From positions 91,142,001 to 91,206,000 of the forward strand of contig NC_087472.1 in assembly GCF_036321535.1 (NCBI RefSeq): DNA of 64,000 bases. Direction: 5' to 3'. A program made the translations under genes and the position numbers. Shown here in pieces: positions 13,145 through 25,905 of the stretch. This stretch comes from Camelus dromedarius. Lineage: Eukaryota. The notes under the pieces are model-generated. The model did not search any database and was not told the origin of the DNA. It was given only the letters and a program-made list of their open reading frames with translations. Each line of letters opens with the position of its first letter. The stretch's first letter is position 1.

Positions 13145-14289
13145 GTGAGTAGGGAAATGTCACAAACATCATAGAAATAAATATCAAAATTCTTTGGGAG
13201 TCCATATATAATGCAAATTTCTTCAGCTATAGAGATAGCATTAAAAAGTACTAAAGTTAGCAACTCCTAGAATTATTGTCAAAGTTAATTAGATGGGACA
13301 CTTTATATTAAGTATTTAACATTATAAACTTACTGAGCACAGTGAAAACTGTCAAAGGTAATTCTTAAAAAATTCTTACAAAAATAAGAGAATTTTAAAG
13401 GTTTTATGTTAGAATGGAAAATTTGTTCTCATCAAGGACAGAGTAAGTCCTACATAACCAAGATTTGAAGGAATCACTTGGATAATTGTTAAATCATTTC
13501 TGGGTGATAACTAAAGGTATCAAATCTGTCTTTTTTATGTACAAAATGTTTAATGGGCATTTTAGTATCTTAAAAACTTAAACTTTTACTGCCCCATTCG
13601 TACAGTTATCAAGACTGCACTAAACTATGCGTTTCATATCTTAATCCTATTTGCTTTAACCAACTCAGGATAAATTGATAATGAAAACACACCTAAATGA
13701 AAAATCTCATTAAACTAAGGCATTCTCCACCATTGTAATTTTTTTAATCAGGGAATGTACAAATTCTACCTAAATAAAGTTACCTGATCTAAATTAAGTT
13801 TTGGTTGAAACAGCTTTCTATGTATTTTAAGCTCAGTAGAGAGTATTTTTAAGTATTTTATTTATAGGTTGAAATGCAGTATCTGTTCCTCTTTTTATTG
13901 TTTACTACTACCAACCATAGATGTTTCAATTAATCTACATTTAAAATTGCCTAATGATTTCTAAAAATGGTACAAAAAAGAATCTTAGTGGATGACTGCC
14001 AAGTGCCAAATTTGGCACTCTGGCAACTTTATATGCAGTTTCAAGCTGGGTTATATCACTAATCACTTTAACCATTTAGATTAATACTATGAATCTTCCA
14101 AATTGATTTTGCTTGAGTGTCTACTAAGGAAACATTACCTAGTGGTGATCCAGTTAACTGATTCAAGGATTATCATGGAGGAACCACCCTTTTTAAGGTA
14201 GTACGTTGCAAAGTTGTTAACCTGGGAACAGAGGACCAAGTTGATGATAAATGAACAGTATGTCCACTACGAGCCACCTTAATTAGCAT

Positions 14290-14426
14290 AGTCTCTAAGG
14301 TATATAGTCTGAAGGATCCACCATAAATACAAAAATGCTCCTCTCAAGAAATTTCAAGATTTTAGAGGTCATCCTCCAGGAAAAGCTAGACCTCTCTTTG
14401 GGCAAGGTCAGATTCTTTGCTGTACA
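14290..14426 (+). mobile_element. MER21-like LTR 3' fragment
   Basis: gaaatttcaagattttagagg...agacctctctttgggcaaggtcagattctttgctgtaca resembles the MER21 LTR end. Confidence 0.5.
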
Positions 14427-16860
14427 ATAGTTAAAGCAGTGCTTAGAAGGAAATGTATAGCTTTGAATGTTTGTTTAAGACAAGAAGATGTTATTGACCT
14501 AAAATTATACCTTAAGAAACTAAAAGAGCACAAATTAAGTAGAAGAAAGGAAAGAAAAGAAATGTCAATGAGAGAAATAACAGAGAAAGTTTATCAGAGT
14601 CGGAAAAGGTTTGATCTCTGAAAGGTAAACAAAATCAGTAAACTTTAAGGTTGACTAATGTAGGGGGTCAGAAATGAAAGATGTGTTACCCATTAAAATA
14701 GTAAAGATGTTCATTGCATTGCCTTATGTTAATAAACTCAACACCTTAGATGAAATGGACATTCCTTGATGAAATAGGACATATTATAGCTATGCATCTA
14801 TTAAAGAAATTGAATCCATTATCAAAAATTTTCCAACAAAGGAAAACTCCAGATCCAGATGGCTTCATTAGTAGGTGAATTCTGTCAAATTTTTAAAGGA
14901 AGAGATGTCAGTTACACAAACTCTGAGGAAAAAAAGGAGGAAGGAAAGCTTCCAATTTTTTCCCCCTTTAGTGGAGCCAGCAGGATCCTGATTCCAAAAC
15001 CTGATAGGCAATACCTACCTCCCAGAAAAAAAATGAAAGTTACATATCGGTAACCCTCATGATCATAAAAACAACAACAAAAAGACCCTAATAAAATATT
15101 CACAATATATAAAGGAGATAATACATCACGACTAAACTGGGCTTATTAGGTCAGGAATGCAGTATTAACAAAGTAAAGGAGAAAAAGCCTATGACCATTT
15201 TACTAGGTACAGGGAAAAACATCTGACAAAATTCAGATGACATGATTATTTGCAAGGAAAATCTAGAGATGCCAAACAACTATTAGAACTACTAAGTGAG
15301 TTTAACAAGGTTTTGGGATATTAAGGTTAGCATCCTTAGCAAACAATTGGTATTGTAATTGTCTCTTTCACTCCATTTTCTATCAGAAAGCATAACATAC
15401 TTACTAATAAATTTAACCAGAGATCTATGTTGAAAGTTATAGAAAAGTTATAAAAGTAACTGCCAAAAGAAATTAAAGACCTAAATAGTGTAATAAAACC
15501 ATGTTTATGATTAAATCAGTATTGTTTTTGGTAATATGCCTATTTTCATCTTGATTAGTAGATACAACGCAGTAACAAATTTAACTCCACTAGACTTTTC
15601 TCTTTCTGGTAGAAATTAATAAGCTGATACAGAAATTCATATAGCAATGTACAAAACTTAGAGTATCCAACACAAACTGGAAAAGAAGTCTTTGGGTGTC
15701 TTATGTTAACCAACTTAGCACTCACCATAAAGCTACTGTAATCACAGTATGGTACTGGCATAGGGATTTTTTAGATTAACTGCAGCAAAATAGCTCAGAT
15801 GTAACTGTCACTTACACTGCCAGTTGATTTTTGAGAAACGTACCAAAGCAACCAGTGGAGAAAGGAAAGTCTTTAACAGCCAGTGCTGGAAGAACTGGAT
15901 ATCCATGTGGGAAAAAAAATTTTTTGATCCTTACTTCATACTGTAAGAGCTAAACTCCAAAGCTTCCAGAACAAAAACACAGAGTATCTTCGCAGATAGG
16001 ACACAGGAAGCAATGAAAAGAAAAACGATTGGTAAATTAGCCTTCATTAAAATTCAACACCTCTGCTCATTCAAGACACACTATTAAGTAAAAGAGCAAG
16101 CTGCAGGTTGGGATAAAATATTTGCAAAACAGGTATCTGGTATAGAACTGGTACCCAGAATATATAAAGAACCTTTATAACACAATAAAAGACAACCCCG
16201 CTTTTAAAAGTGCAAAACATTTGAGCAGACATTTCCCAAGAGAGTACATACATACATACATTATATATATATATATATATAAATGGCCAATAAGCATGTG
16301 AAGATAGTCAATTTGAGTAGATATTAGGGAAATGCACATGAAAACCCTGATACCACCTCACATCAACCAGAATGCCAAAAAACTCCAGAGACTGATAGGA
16401 AGTATTAAGGATGTAGAGCAATCAGAATTCTTATGCATTTTTGGTGAATGTGTAAAATGGTGTCACCATTTTGGAGAATAGTCCAGCCATTTCTTATGAA
16501 ACCAGACATGCCCTATAGCCTATCAGTTTCTACTTTAAAGATTTATCTAAGAGCCTCTAAAGCATATGTCCACAAAGTGACTTGCACTAGAGGATTCACA
16601 GCACTTTTTTTCATAATAATCAAAAATTGAAAATAGCCCAAGTATACATCAGAACAGTGGTTATCTCTCGGAGTTGAGGTGGAAATTAACTGGGAAAGGG
16701 CATGGGAGAATTTTCTGAGTTGATGGTAATGTTCTAAGTCTTGATAGGGTTTGGATTATCCAGGTGTGTATATGCATTTGGTAAAAACTCATCAAATGGT
16801 ACACTTCAGGTCTGTGTATTTCATTGTATAAATTTTACCTTGAAAATTCACAAAGAAATA
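14427..16860 (+). mobile_element. Old degenerate L1 (ORF2 remnants and L1MC/MD-type 3' end), sense to TAB3
   Basis: ORF2-like peptides (LRRKCIALN, GEFCQIFK, ILIPKPD); L1 3'UTR motif gatggtaatgttct...actcatcaaatggtacactt; many frameshifts and deletions. Confidence 0.85.
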
Positions 16861-19006
16861 AAAGGAAAATTTCCTGAGGTAATACGATAGAGTAATTGCC
16901 AGTAGCCCATGTATACTCAGTTTTCTAGTAGTGGTGAGGTCAATGTAGATATGTCATTTTGCCTTCTTTGAGATCAACACTGTGTATTTGAGGTGAGAGG
17001 TTCCTGTTTGGTATACGTCTCAGCTGGAAATTGTGTAGGGCTTGCATTAATATCAAGCTTCATCTAGCTCCCTAGAAGGAACTTTACAGTAAAAGCGCTC
17101 TTTTCCATGGTACTTTTAATTCTAACAAAATTTGCTAAAATGATATTGGATAGTCCCTTAGAGTTATAATGGGATTTCAATTACAATTAACGTCTTAAAA
17201 ATGTATCAGACACCCAATATGTAGACACATTATGTAAATACATACATCCGAGATCCCACAAAGGTAAGACCTAACTCTTACCCCAAAGCAGTTTTTACTC
17301 TACGTATACACAGGATTTTTTTTTTTTTAAACGAAAAAGTAGACTAGAAAGTGATTACTTTAACACCTTCACTATAAATGAATTTCTCCTTTGGAAATTG
17401 AATTGAGCTTTATATAATATATACTGTTAGTGAGACTACAAAATGGTGCTATTATATACTATATACAGTTTTTAAGTCTTTCACTTTTTTATACTAAGAC
17501 TTAAACAGTAGAACTTGATTACAATCTGCAATTCTTTAGGAAGCCTTCTCATCACAGATTTGTAAAAGCTATTTGGTTTTCTATTGTTTTCTTTGAAGCG
17601 CTTGGAAGATTCTCTTCTTTTAGTTTATCTTGTTTAATGCAGATTATCTTGCAGTACCACTTACATTTTACTTGCTTTTAAAATGTGAGTAACTGGGAGA
17701 ATTGGCTTATTGGTTACAGTAAATGTCCTGAAGTTACTTCAGAGATATGCTAAAAATCCAAATGGAATATAGATGTTTATCTGAATAATAAGTGTGGAAA
17801 TTAAAGAGAATGAGAGAGTGAAGGAAAGACAGGGAGAGAGAGAGAAATGTTTTTGAAATGGACGTTGTAGTTAGTAACCCAGTCTGCATGTAAGCTCATC
17901 AGGTGATTCAGAAAGTACTCCCCACCCTGTGTTTGGTAACTCACAGTGGCGACAGCATTGACCTTGGACTTGAGTGCTGGTCCTGGGTGTCTTGGTCACT
18001 TGACTGTTCAGATCCAGTGTGTGCACCAGAGAGGTGACCATTCCAGACATTTAGCTGGTGTATTTTACAGGGTCGTTGTGGCAGTGAGGAGGAGATGTGT
18101 GATACTATAAAAGTGCTTATAAATCTAAGAAACAAAACTGCTCCTTACTCTTTGGAGCCTAAGTAGATGTCTCTTCTGCTTTTGTTTCTTCTGATAATGG
18201 AACGTGTAAGTACCTTGCTTAGGATTGTGGAGCACTGATTTCCAAAGATGGGTTATAATAGGGGACTTTTTATGGGCTCAGAACAGTTAGAAAATGCAGT
18301 ATCTTTGTTTGAGTCTTAAGGGTAAATAATACGAAGTGTGCCCTTTTTTGTTTTTACTTAATACAAAAGATTACCTACTAATTACCTGTAAGTTAATAGA
18401 AACGCAAGAAATTGGTATGCCTGCAGTCCATGGTGTGAAGTGTCTACTGAGCTTTTGCACACATAGGTAACTGGAATTTATGAAATGATTGTGGGGCATG
18501 TATTTTGAGTTGGTTCTGATTTTTTAAATACTGCTACTCTTATTCTTTAATTATGTAATGCTGTAGTTTAGTGTTACCATTAGTGTAATGGGTTCTTTGG
18601 TTAGCCTTATGGATAGGGTACTTTAAACACATAACTTTCTAATAACTGTTGTTTGATCTGGCAGTTGCTAAGGTATGATTCCCCAAATAGTGCTTTCATA
18701 TTGACACTTAATTACTGTCATTGAGTTTGCACCCCCAGCCCACTAGAAAGTGGGAAACTGGTGAAATAAGTCATTTATTCCAAGTAGTTAGAGAAGATGG
18801 AAAAAGTTGTAAGAACCACTGCTCTGTATAGGTTGAAAGGCAGTATTAAATATGACACTTACCCTTACGGGAGGACTGCAGGTAGCATGAAGGAAGAGAG
18901 TAAACACTCGAACTGTGTGCATCCCGTGAGAGATCCTTGTGAGCCTGTCCACTCTTCTAATGAATGGCTTGATCCCTTCTTCCTGGCTTTGCTTCTTCTC
19001 ATACAG

Positions 19007-19108
19007 ACTCGTCAGACCCCTGCACAATTGAGAGGAAAGCCCGAAGAATTAGCGTGACCTCCAGAATACAGGAGGACGTCCATGACACCCAGGCAGCAGC
19101 TGCAGATG
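19007..19108 (+). CDS. TAB3: TAB3 coding exon (102 bp, symmetric phase 1-1)
   Basis: cttcttctcatacag|AC acceptor; (D)SSDPCTIERKARRISVTSRIQEDVHDTQAAAAD; weak donor ATG|gtttgt. Confidence 0.92.
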
Positions 19109-19227
19109 GTTTGTACTTGCGTGTCTGGAGTTTGTGCAGAATGTCCAAACATACGTGTTAACCCATTTAGAGTTAGCATAAGTAAAGGCCAACTGTTGTT
19201 CCTTTAAAAAAGTTACTCAGTTTCTAA

Positions 19228-19482
19228 GGCTGCTCTGTTCAGTAGAAATACAATTCAAGCCACATCCATAATTTAAAATTTTCTGTTAGCCTAAGTAACA
19301 AAGTAAAAAAGTAAAATATCTTTTCACTATGAAATTAGTATAAAATTCTTAATGAGATGTTTTACATTCTACAGTTCATACTGAATCTTTGAAATATTGT
19401 GTATGTTCTAGACTGATAGCACATCTCAATTCAGAGTGGCTGCATTTCAAGTGGCCAGTTGCCACCATATTGGACAAAGCCC
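19228..19482. mobile_element. MER3/MER33-like hAT-Charlie element
   Basis: gctctgttcagtagaaat...agcacatctcaattcagag...gccaccatattggacaaagc. Confidence 0.65.
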
Positions 19483-20469
19483 TCTAAGATAATAGTATTT
19501 AGAAAGCAAGGCCAAGTCAATAATAAAATAATTTGAAAACTCTGGACTTTTTAAGTTCTCACTGAAGTTTTCTAATGCTTCTTGAACGTTACTCTGGGAT
19601 TCAGTTTAAATGAGTTTTCTATAAAGGCTGTATATGTTTGAGTTTGTGCGAGTATTCTACTTGATATTTCTTAAATTCTCCTTAATGCAGAAATAATATT
19701 ATATGACTAGGTGGAAAGAGTCCAATGCTTAGAACAAACCAAGCATGAAACATTGTACTTCATATTGTTGAGAAACAAATCCTCCCTCCTTTACCTAATC
19801 GGCATTATTTCCAGTTAGTGGGAAAATAACAGCTTTTCTATGAGTTTATTTATCTTTGAAACTGTATTTGAAAATTTTAGTTGCATCCTTTTGGGCAGTT
19901 TGTCTTCTGTATTCTAATTTTTTCTAATTCTTATTTTTCATTGAAGTGTAGTTGACTTATAATGTTTAGTTTCAGGTGAACTGCAAAGTGGTTCAGTTAC
20001 ACATATATATTCTAATTATTATATAAAGAATATTGATTAACCTGGTAAGTTGTCACTTTATATTTGGAAGGATAGTCAGTTTTGTGGAAGATGAGCCTAT
20101 TAAAATTAATCCATGTAAAAATACTCTCAAAGGAAAAAACCTATTTACTTCAATTCTTACTCATGTATAACTATGCATATTCTGTTGAGTTTTTAGTTTT
20201 TATTTTCTATAAGGTGTGAAACATCCTTGCCTTTTAAATACTCCGTGGAAAAGAAAAGATTTCACACCTTCAAATCAAATGAAAATGGAAATCTACCATG
20301 TCTTTGGGGTTTTGATGCTTCTGTTTAATCAGTACTTCCCTATGATGAAATGAGCAGTGTTTTTGTTTGTTTTTTAAGGACCAACAATAATTGTAAGTTA
20401 GGAGCCTTTTAAATATATGTTTTGATAAGTTACTTCAGAGTAACTTATTATTCCAAAATGTTAAGATAC

Positions 20470-20874
20470 CAAAGGATAGCAAAATATGTCTGTTTGGCAT
20501 TAGGACTATTTTGAGAAACTGCAGACACTAGAAAAGCTCTGAAAGTAGAGTAGAAGATACCCTTTTGTAAGGGACACGGCATTTCTAAATGCAGTCTCCA
20601 TTTCTAAGTGTCTTATGACTCTAAATCAAAAGGGAGTCAATGGAGAAGGCAATGACATAAATTTGCTTACAAACTTTACCCTTATTTACTGTGCTTTTCC
20701 TGGTGACTTGCACCATCCCAGGAAGTTAACTCGTTTTCCTGGGTCTCTCCTATGTATACACGAGGTATTTAGGTTATTAAATCTTTTTCTCTTGTTAATC
20801 TATCTTTTTATTGCAGGGGTATCTCAGCCAAGAACTCAGAAGGGTAGAGTGAAAAAGTTTTTTCCTCCCCTACA
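20470..20874 (+). mobile_element. MER34-like solo LTR (ERV1)
   Basis: aaaatatgtctgtttggcattaggactattttgag...gaaaagctct near the 5' end; ...agaactcagaagggtagagtgaaaaagttttttcctcccctaca 3' end; ATTAAA at 20776-20781. Confidence 0.7.
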
Positions 20875-21084
20875 TTAAAACAGTGACAAAGGTCCCCAGG
20901 TATCCTTGGATTAGTTAGGTTAAAAGAGGTTTTCCAATTATTTACGTAGTTTAGGATTAGGAAAACCTTTTCATACTAAACATTTACACTGCCACAATCT
21001 AAGAGTAAAGGCTGTGTTTGGAGTTAGCCCAGAAAGATTGGCGGAGGATAAAGGTGCATTCGGGGAAAGTAAGGTAGATAGAGA

Positions 21085-21141
21085 GAGGCTGTAGGTCAGA
21101 GTGTAGGCCTAGCATGCAGGAGGTCCTAGGTTCGATTCTGG
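21085..21141 (+). mobile_element. tRNA-derived SINE head (Vic-1-like, camelid)
   Basis: agagtgtaggcctagcatgcaggaggtcctaggttcgattctgg with B-box GGTTCGATTC at 21129-21138. Confidence 0.6.
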
Positions 21142-21239
21142 AGGAGGGAGAGGGAGAGGGAGAGGAAGTGAGGAGATTCCATCATGGGAGAGAAGGGACT
21201 TACCCGTGCCCATGGAGAGCCCCTGTTTTCAGATTGATG

Positions 21240-21527
21240 TTGTTTGGTTTTTTTTTTTTTTCAATTGAGTTATCGTCAGTTTACAATGTTGTGTCAAACT
21301 CCAGTGTAGAGCACAGTTTTTCAGCTATACATGAACATACGTATGTTCACTGTTGCATTCTTTTTCGCTGTGAGCTACCTCAAGATCTTGTATATATTTC
21401 CCTGTGCTGTACAGTATAATCTTGTTTATCTGTTCTATATATGCCTGTCAGTATCTACAAATTTCGAACTCCCAGTCTGTCCCTGCCCACCCCTCTGGCA
21501 ACCACAAGTTTGTATTCCACGTCTATA
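21240..21527 (-). mobile_element. 5'-truncated lineage-specific L1 3' end
   Basis: Poly-T then caattgagttatcgtcagtttacaatgttgtgtcaaactccagtgtagagcac...caaccacaagtttgtattc, a reverse-complemented cetartiodactyl/camelid-type L1 3'UTR. Confidence 0.8.
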
Positions 21528-21744
21528 GAAAGCATTAGGTGGTCAAATATTTGGTCCCTTTATGCTAGGTTAGTTGCTTACCTGCTCTAGGCCCATCAGT
21601 GTTGGGTCTTAATAGCCCAGCTCTTTCTTTTTAGAGGGTTGTATTAGTAATATGTCTGGCAATTACAGTCAGTCAGTTCCAAGTTTCCCAATAGCACCTA
21701 TGCCACCTTTACCTTGCGTGTGCACTATGCATATGCATTAATTT

Positions 21745-22797
21745 ATAGAGAATTATAGATGTGATAAGTAGTTTCAAGTTGTTGAGACAGCATTATCTTA
21801 TTAGGTGATACACAATGCAAAAGGCAAGAAACTACCACTTTATGAGTTACACAAACTACAGTCAAATTGCCAATAGGAGTAAATGTCATTAGCAAAGGTC
21901 TAAGCCAAGATCCTCCTAAACCAAACCATTTTCGTAGTATTTCCCTTAAACTGGGAAAAGGATCAGTCGGAATAGAAATTTGATCCTTCCATGTGTCATA
22001 AGCCAAGTTACACTAGAAGGTATCAGGTATAAAACCCAACACTTAATATGTATTATACCACAAATTCTTCCTTCGGAAGCAGTTCAAATATTGAGGGCCA
22101 TGCAATTCTGTAGGACCAGTTTTCTCATCATAGAGACTTCCAAATTGAGCAAGCTAATTACTGTCATTTAAAACTTGCTGAGTAAATTTTGTTAAGGCTC
22201 TATGTGATTAATGATACTGTCTATTCAAGTGAAGGAACAAATGTAGCAGCCAAATGGTCATACTGCTGGGTGGAAAACTGATCAAAAGCATGCTCAAGTT
22301 AAAAGCAGATTGGTAGGAGCTCTTTCCAAGGCTACCTGTGGGTGACACTGAGCCAAAGTAAACCAATTTTGCCATCTTCCTAACCAACCTGGGGAGAGCC
22401 AAGGTCATAAATTTGTTCCATAAATACATTGGGTTCTGTTAGGAGCTACCCAGTATTAAACATCTGGTGAAAAGGAGTATTTTATGGCTAGGCTTAGAAC
22501 AGGTGTCATCAGTTGGCCAGGTAAGAGGGTTCCACTTAAGTGATATTTTCAGTACTTGCATGGTACTGGAGTTTCTTCTAAAATAAAATTTTTAAGGGCC
22601 ATCCAATTAGAGCCTTGGAGAGAAGAAATCCACCAAGGTAACCTAGCAGTGCTGAACATATGTAATTGGCTGCAGACCCAGCAACTGGATTGATTTTTGA
22701 AATGTGCATATGATTGAGCCCTAAGAAATATACTTGGTTCATAAGCAGATGTGTTAACAATTACCAAAGTAATAAGTATACAGGCCTGGTCCAGCAT
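21745..22797 (-). pseudogene. Disrupted gamma-type env, HERV-R(b)/PABL_B-like
   Basis: Signal-peptide-like start, NQSSCWVCSQL...LPWWISSLQGSNW; YWVAPNRTQ...NL*PWLSPGWLG; TM region ALTKFTQQVLNDS...LVLQNCMALNI*TASEGRICGIIHIKCW; membrane-proximal KWFGLGGSWLRPLL. Stops and frameshifts present. Confidence 0.85.
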
Positions 22798-25700
22798 CTG
22801 GGGTCAGCTGTTTGCTTTCAGATGTTGTCTTTTTCTTGTTGTCTGGTAGTGCTGGTCCTAGTCAATTTCAGGTCTCCAAAATAAGAGATGTAGGGCCTGG
22901 TATGACCCCCTTCCACTGTGGCTGTGAAGAATCCAACAGCAACACTAAATTAAAACTTAATGTCCACTGAAACATTTTTTTCCCCCTAAAATTACCCTCA
23001 TTTCTGCTGAATATAGCCAAATTAAGACTGACTTATTTGCAAAAGAAATCTGGTCTCTATAAACTTGGCCTGATTGTTTACATAAGTATAATTGATCATA
23101 CAGGCTCTTTCAAGTTGGCTGTGCTGGAACTTTATAAGGAATCTTAAGTTGACCTTTTAAAAGGCCTCTCAAGGCCACGATAGCTACACCAACGACTTAC
23201 CATCAGATTCAGCCTGGGATGTCTATAGACATCTGCAAAATATCGAGATTCCTGAAGCTGCCAGGAGGCAGCCTTTCTTATTCATCTGATAAGGCTGCTA
23301 GAAACCAAAGAGTTTGCAATTTTTGTAGGGACCATGTAGAGAGGAAAGGGTGAATGTTTTAGTTCTACTTACAAAGGTGTAATTTATTTACCAAATTGCT
23401 GTAAGTCCTAATCAGCTTAAAGGGAAGGGCTTCCTTTTATCTGGAAAACACAGATTAAAACCCAGTAATACTTCAGAGAAGAAAACCAAAAAAAAATTAT
23501 AACCATATTCATCAGTTTGCTCAGTCCTATGTGACTAATCCTTGATCTTAATCTTCTATAAACAGTTCTGTGACGCCATCGAATTTTACATTAAAATTCG
23601 ATGGCTTTTTACCCGATTCAGCAGTATGATCTGAAAGTTATCAGAAACCTGTACTTGTCAAAAAGTCCTTTCTATGAATCTTCTTGAAGATAAAGCATTT
23701 TTTGTAAAAGCATCATAGTAAATGACAAAAGACTTTAAAAGGCACTGTTAAAGATCTGATTACGATGCAATTGACAAAAACTTGGTTGTTGCTGTGGTAT
23801 ACATAAGATAATAACTAGAATTATGACTGATAACATTTAGCAAGACACGTTTTTAGGAGTTCCGTATAATTTCTAGAATATCTACATTAATAACATTTAC
23901 TCATACAGTATAACCTAAGAAGGTTTATCGCTGCTCATATGACAGTGCTGCTCATGGAATTTAACATACCAGAGAAGCCTCATTAGTTTAATATCTTTCT
24001 TTGATAAGGAGAAAAAACATTTCTCTTGAGGTGTTTTAGGAGCCCTTACCAAAACCTCCAAGTTAGCTAGAGGTCAAATGATCTTCAGTTAGAATTTCAT
24101 CGTTGGTAATTTTGCCAAAAATATCAAAAAGGTTTTTGTCAAAAATACCAAAAAGTTTTTTAAACACTTGGTCAAAAAAGATCACAAGTCACTGTGGAGC
24201 AATGCTTACTCACTTAACCAAAGTGACAAAAGATTTCAAAACCAAATAGAGAAAGTTACAACAGATTGCTTAAAAGGTAGATACCTTAATGATATGCATC
24301 CACCTATATTGGAATGATTTTCTTTCCCTCATTTAACTTAGGGAGAAAACCACTCACACAAAAAATTCCTATCAGGCTTTGAATATCAGCTACATGGTCA
24401 GTTTAGTCAGAAGTGGCTTCCCATCTTGATCTTCCATTTACAAAAACTATTGAAAATTCTTGGGTTTAAGAAATTCTTTTAACTATAGCACACTGCGACC
24501 TTTGATCTAAAGGGGCTTGCCTACAGTCTTAGGTGGTTCCATTTCTAAAGGCAACCATTTAATAGTCTCTTCAGAGTGGAAAGGCAGTTCAGACAGAGGA
24601 TTACTCGAGTAAGTACTCCAAGAAGGATAAAGGGGAGCAGTAACGTCACTCTTCAAGTTTGTATCATTACTCTTTCATTAGCCTTCTATAAGAAATATTT
24701 CCATGAGGCTATTTTGGAATTTTGAAGCCTTTTTGGGGGTTCTGCATACCAACTAAAGTAGGTACACTATTTTAGGATGAGAGCTTTTTAAAAATGTTAA
24801 CAATTTAGAAGACTTTCCAATTCAAAGGCTCCAAAGAGCTAGCCCTATAAATATCTCCTCCTGCTAATCTAATTTTAGGCAAGAGAAATCACTCTTGTTT
24901 CCAGTCAACCCTGCAAGATCCAGGAGACTGACCTGGTAAGCCCAGACCGCTAGGCTTTCTCTCACTACAGCTTTGGAGTGCCCACGAATCCCATCTTGGC
25001 CATTTCAGGGTGGGATTTCCTTTAACTCCCAATTAAGTAAGTACTTACAAGCATGTATAAACCCAGCTGGTATCCCCATAGGTGGCTGTCCATCTGGGAG
25101 CTGCTGGGCCTTTGAGGCAGTTTCCCATTATTCATTTGGTAGTCAAATTCAATTATGAGATAGGATCTGAACAACTTTCTGAGGACAGTGTGGTGGATCA
25201 GACAGACATCAGACCGTGTGCTGCTTCTGAGTCTAGCTCCCCAAGGAGTTACCCTTTGGTCGGTTTGACTCTTTCATGTCCCGGTTTCTCTTACAGTCTA
25301 ATACTGCTGTGGGTGCTTGGAGAACTGGATGATCAGTCCTTAATCTTGTCCATCCCTGGAAGAGCGGTATTAATGGTTGTAGCGGGGTTCCCCTGTTGGA
25401 CCACTAGACGTCACAAAGACTGATTCTCAGACAATTCTGCTAGGTTCTCAGTCACCCAAGAACACCATATGGCCGGAAGGAGCACATGTCCCTTGTTCTT
25501 TGAAGCTGAACAATTCAGGCTCTCATTTCACTAGCAAAAGTCTTTTTTAGACCCTATAGCAACTTGTTTTTTTTTTTTTTTTCAGTTGAAGCCAATTTAA
25601 CAAAAACCCAGCCACCTATGTTTCCCTGGGCCTTCTGCCTAGATCCCCCTAGGTCTCTGCTTAGAAATGCACCCGTGCTCTTTAAGACTTCAAGTCTTAA

Positions 25701-25883
25701 GTAAAAACAGCTCAAATAACATTTTTAGGATCATCAGTTAAAAGCTATGAGATTCAGATACCGGAAAAACTCACCAGAACCCCAGAGAAGTAACAGAAAG
25801 CCGGTGGAGATCAATAGGCCCATGCTGGTACCAAGTGCTGGTTCAGGGAAGACTCCAGGTGTCCTCTGCTGGGTATCTCTGAT

Positions 25884-25901
25884 AACCTGCCAGCTACACC
25901 C
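25884..25901 (-). promoter_or_regulatory. Primer-binding site, tRNA-Ser-like
   Basis: Minus strand GGGTGTAGCTGGCAGGTT vs complement of the tRNA-Ser 3' end TGGCGTAGTCGGCAGGAT: 13/18, two mismatches are CpG>TpG. Confidence 0.6.
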
Positions 25902-25905
25902 TGCA

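Noticed and set aside
18788..19057. ORFs of 79 and 86 aa overlapping the 102-bp exon
   Set aside because: Different frame or strand from TAB3, mostly intronic, no recognisable domain.
20470..20874. MER34-like LTR as the missing 3' LTR of the provirus
   Set aside because: Opposite orientation and no visible similarity to the 25906-26308 LTR.
21085..21141. Possible tRNA gene
   Set aside because: B-box present but no complete cloverleaf or acceptor stem; fits a SINE head.
22549..22797. Env N-terminal ORF as a secreted suppressyn-like protein
   Set aside because: Only 82 aa, ended by a frameshift, with an adjacent SU deletion and no evidence of preservation.
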